Source of the DNA: an uncultured delta proteobacterium
Lineage (GTDB): Bacteria; Desulfobacterota; WTBG01; CAIYCZ01
Direction of reading: 5' to 3'
DNA length: 64,000 bases
Assembly: GCA_963803975.1 (NCBI GenBank)
Contig: CAWDOY010000003.1
Location: 128,001-192,000, forward strand
This document shows, piece by piece, positions 62,276 through 64,000 of the stretch. Under the pieces are notes generated by a model that saw nothing but the letters and a program-made list of their open reading frames with translations, had not been told where the DNA came from and ran no database searches. A program made the position numbers and the translations under genes. Numbering within the stretch: the first letter of the stretch is position 1; every line of letters begins with the position of its first letter.

Positions 62276-64000
62276 ATGAAAGTTATTATTAGGATTGCAT
62301 CATTGTTCTGGGCGGTGGTGTTCTGCTTCATTACAGTACATACGGCGCATGCTGCTGATATATCGGTGCGTCTTCTGAATGAAACACCGGATGGTTTGGA
62401 CATGGATGTTACCATATCCAACTATTCCCTCATAGCATCTCCGTATCAGTCATATCAGAAAATTGTGATACAGGGATGCGGTAGTAACGCCCGGGAAGGG
62501 GCACCGGGCGTGTCACTGAGGGGTCAGCTCATTGAATTGCCGGAAGGAAGTGAACTGGCAGTCTCGTATCAGTCTTTAGATAAAATAACCCTGCGCAACG
62601 TATTGCTGGCTCCTGCTCCTGGTGCGATCGTTGAGGAGGATAAAGCCGGCTCAAAACAGCTGAGCGAACAGTACCGTATCGATGAAGCAGCCTATACAGC
62701 AGATGCCTTTTACCCGGGTAAACTTGCAGCTGCAGACTTTACCGGTTACTTGCGTGACAAACATATCGCAAACATTATTTTGTATCCGGTTCAGTATAAT
62801 CCGGTTGCAAGAACGCTTGAAATTCATACTAGATATAAAGTTCACCTGCGATTTATCAGTATAGAAAAAGACGCAGGGAAAAATCAGCTAACAGATTATA
62901 GAGCAGCGAGCAGATTGGAAAACACGCAGCAGAACACTTTTAGCACTCTTTATAAAAAAGTGCTGCTCAATTATAAAGCAGAAGGCGGCAACCTTTCACA
63001 ACAATCAGATTTACAACTATCGAGTACTGTTCGCGCACCGTCATTACAGACAGAAAACAGCCCCTTTGCGGTGAGGGTAACGCTGAAGGATGAGGGGATT
63101 TACAAGGTCAGTTACGACGATTTAAATGCATTGGGCATTGATTTAACAGCTGCCACCAACGAGAATATCAAAATGGAAAATCAGGGCAGGGAAGTGCCTG
63201 TGTATCGCAGCAGTTCCGGTCCTTTCAAGGCTGGTGATTACCTTCTGTTTTATGGGGAGCCGTTCAAGTCGCTCTACAGCAAGAGCAATGTATATTGGAT
63301 CTACCGGGGCTCTGGTGCCGGGAAAAAAATAGAACAAATGCCGGCCGGATCGTTTAACAGTTCAAATGTTCAGCAGACCTTTAACAGCAGCTATCACGGA
63401 GAGGTGGATAAAAAATACTGGGAATCAATTCCCAATGGCGCGAATGTTGATCACTGGTTCTGGGAGAGTCTTCAGCCTACTGAAATCAACACTGCCAAGG
63501 TAGTATTATCTCCCCCGGCACACCTGGGAAACATAAGCACCGCCGGCGGTACTTATACCATGAAGGTTAATTTAAGAGGGGAAACGACACTTGCTCACCA
63601 TACCAGGGTATATGTCAATGGTACCGTTGTTGATGACTTCACCTGGAACGGACAGATTGAATACACTAAAACTATTCCAGCCATCACTCCCACGGTATTT
63701 AAGAATGGTGACAATGCCATCCAAATAGAGGAAGTGCTCGATCCGGGAACAACCGTGGACCGGATTTATATAAACTGGTTCGATATCACCTATACAGCTG
63801 CCTATGTTGCTGAAAGCGATATGTTGAAATGTAGTGGCAGCAGTTCCGGCAACGCATCATTAGAAATTAAAAAATTCACTACTAATAACATCTGGGTATT
63901 AGACATCACCAATCCCCTAACCGTCACAAACGTTACCAATACACAGATAACAGAAAGCGGCGGTCAGTATACTATTGCGTTTGGCGAGCCGGGATCGGGA
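62276..64000 (+). CDS. Secreted C25 (gingipain/PorU-like) peptidase precursor, 5' part (runs off the window)
   Basis: Manual translation from the ATG at 62276: signal peptide ending AHA-A, propeptide motifs FYPG and GYLRD..IA....YPVQYNP, then EGIYKVSYDDL, DYLLFYG, YSKSNVYW and DHWFW; the catalytic domain is outside the window. Confidence 0.78.
   Translation, partial: MKVIIRIASLFWAVVFCFITVHTAHAADISVRLLNETPDGLDMDVTISNYSLIASPYQSYQKIVIQGCGSNAREGAPGVSLRGQLIELPEGSELAVSYQSLDKITLRNVLLAPAPGAIVEEDKAGSKQLSEQYRIDEAAYTADAFYPGKLAAADFTGYLRDKHIANIILYPVQYNPVARTLEIHTRYKVHLRFISIEKDAGKNQLTDYRAASRLENTQQNTFSTLYKKVLLNYKAEGGNLSQQSDLQLSSTVRAPSLQTENSPFAVRVTLKDEGIYKVSYDDLNALGIDLTAATNENIKMENQGREVPVYRSSSGPFKAGDYLLFYGEPFKSLYSKSNVYWIYRGSGAGKKIEQMPAGSFNSSNVQQTFNSSYHGEVDKKYWESIPNGANVDHWFWESLQPTEINTAKVVLSPPAHLGNISTAGGTYTMKVNLRGETTLAHHTRVYVNGTVVDDFTWNGQIEYTKTIPAITPTVFKNGDNAIQIEEVLDPGTTVDRIYINWFDITYTAAYVAESDMLKCSGSSSGNASLEIKKFTTNNIWVLDITNPLTVTNVTNTQITESGGQYTIAFGEPGSG

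Overview
This is a moderate-GC bacterial chromosome segment, probably from an anaerobic Deltaproteobacterium/Desulfobacterota (inferred from gene order and content, not proven). It has five blocks. (1) 1-17.7 kb is housekeeping and metabolism: Mut7-C, rsmA, HIT, UPF0280, dnaE, an L,D-transpeptidase next to an Lpp/OprI-like lipoprotein, a probable Re-citrate synthase with isocitrate dehydrogenase, mmsA, guaBA, ppx and an AsmA-like gene. (2) 18-28.9 kb is a decayed defence island: RhuM and ORF6N fragments, an intact IS1182 with terminal inverted repeats and a 5-bp target duplication, a high-GC type I restriction-modification locus, and a type III Res stub. (3) 28.9-43.6 kb is the most interesting block. 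It has two paralogous pairs of DPOR/COR-like nitrogenase-fold subunits whose B subunits carry tandem PCP_red domains, a flavin-reductase-like protein with its own PCP_red domain, MarR, three class II chelatase-fold proteins (exported, membrane-anchored, cytoplasmic), a ferredoxin, a geranylgeranyl-reductase-like flavoprotein, an iron-sulfur flavoprotein and an exported TPR protein. There is no NifH/BchL Fe-protein and no photosynthesis gene in the window, so this is a candidate undescribed tetrapyrrole reduction/(de)chelation system. (4) 43.6-58.3 kb holds an HPr-domain protein, surface proteins, the thrS-infC-rpmI-rplT-pheST-ihfA-MerR operon, tRNA-Val, radC and efp-epmA. (5) 59.2-64 kb is a PqqD / radical SAM-SPASM / HprK-like / C25 peptidase cluster. 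Many genes are split by single-base indels, probably sequencing or consensus errors. All family calls come from motif recognition, not database searches.
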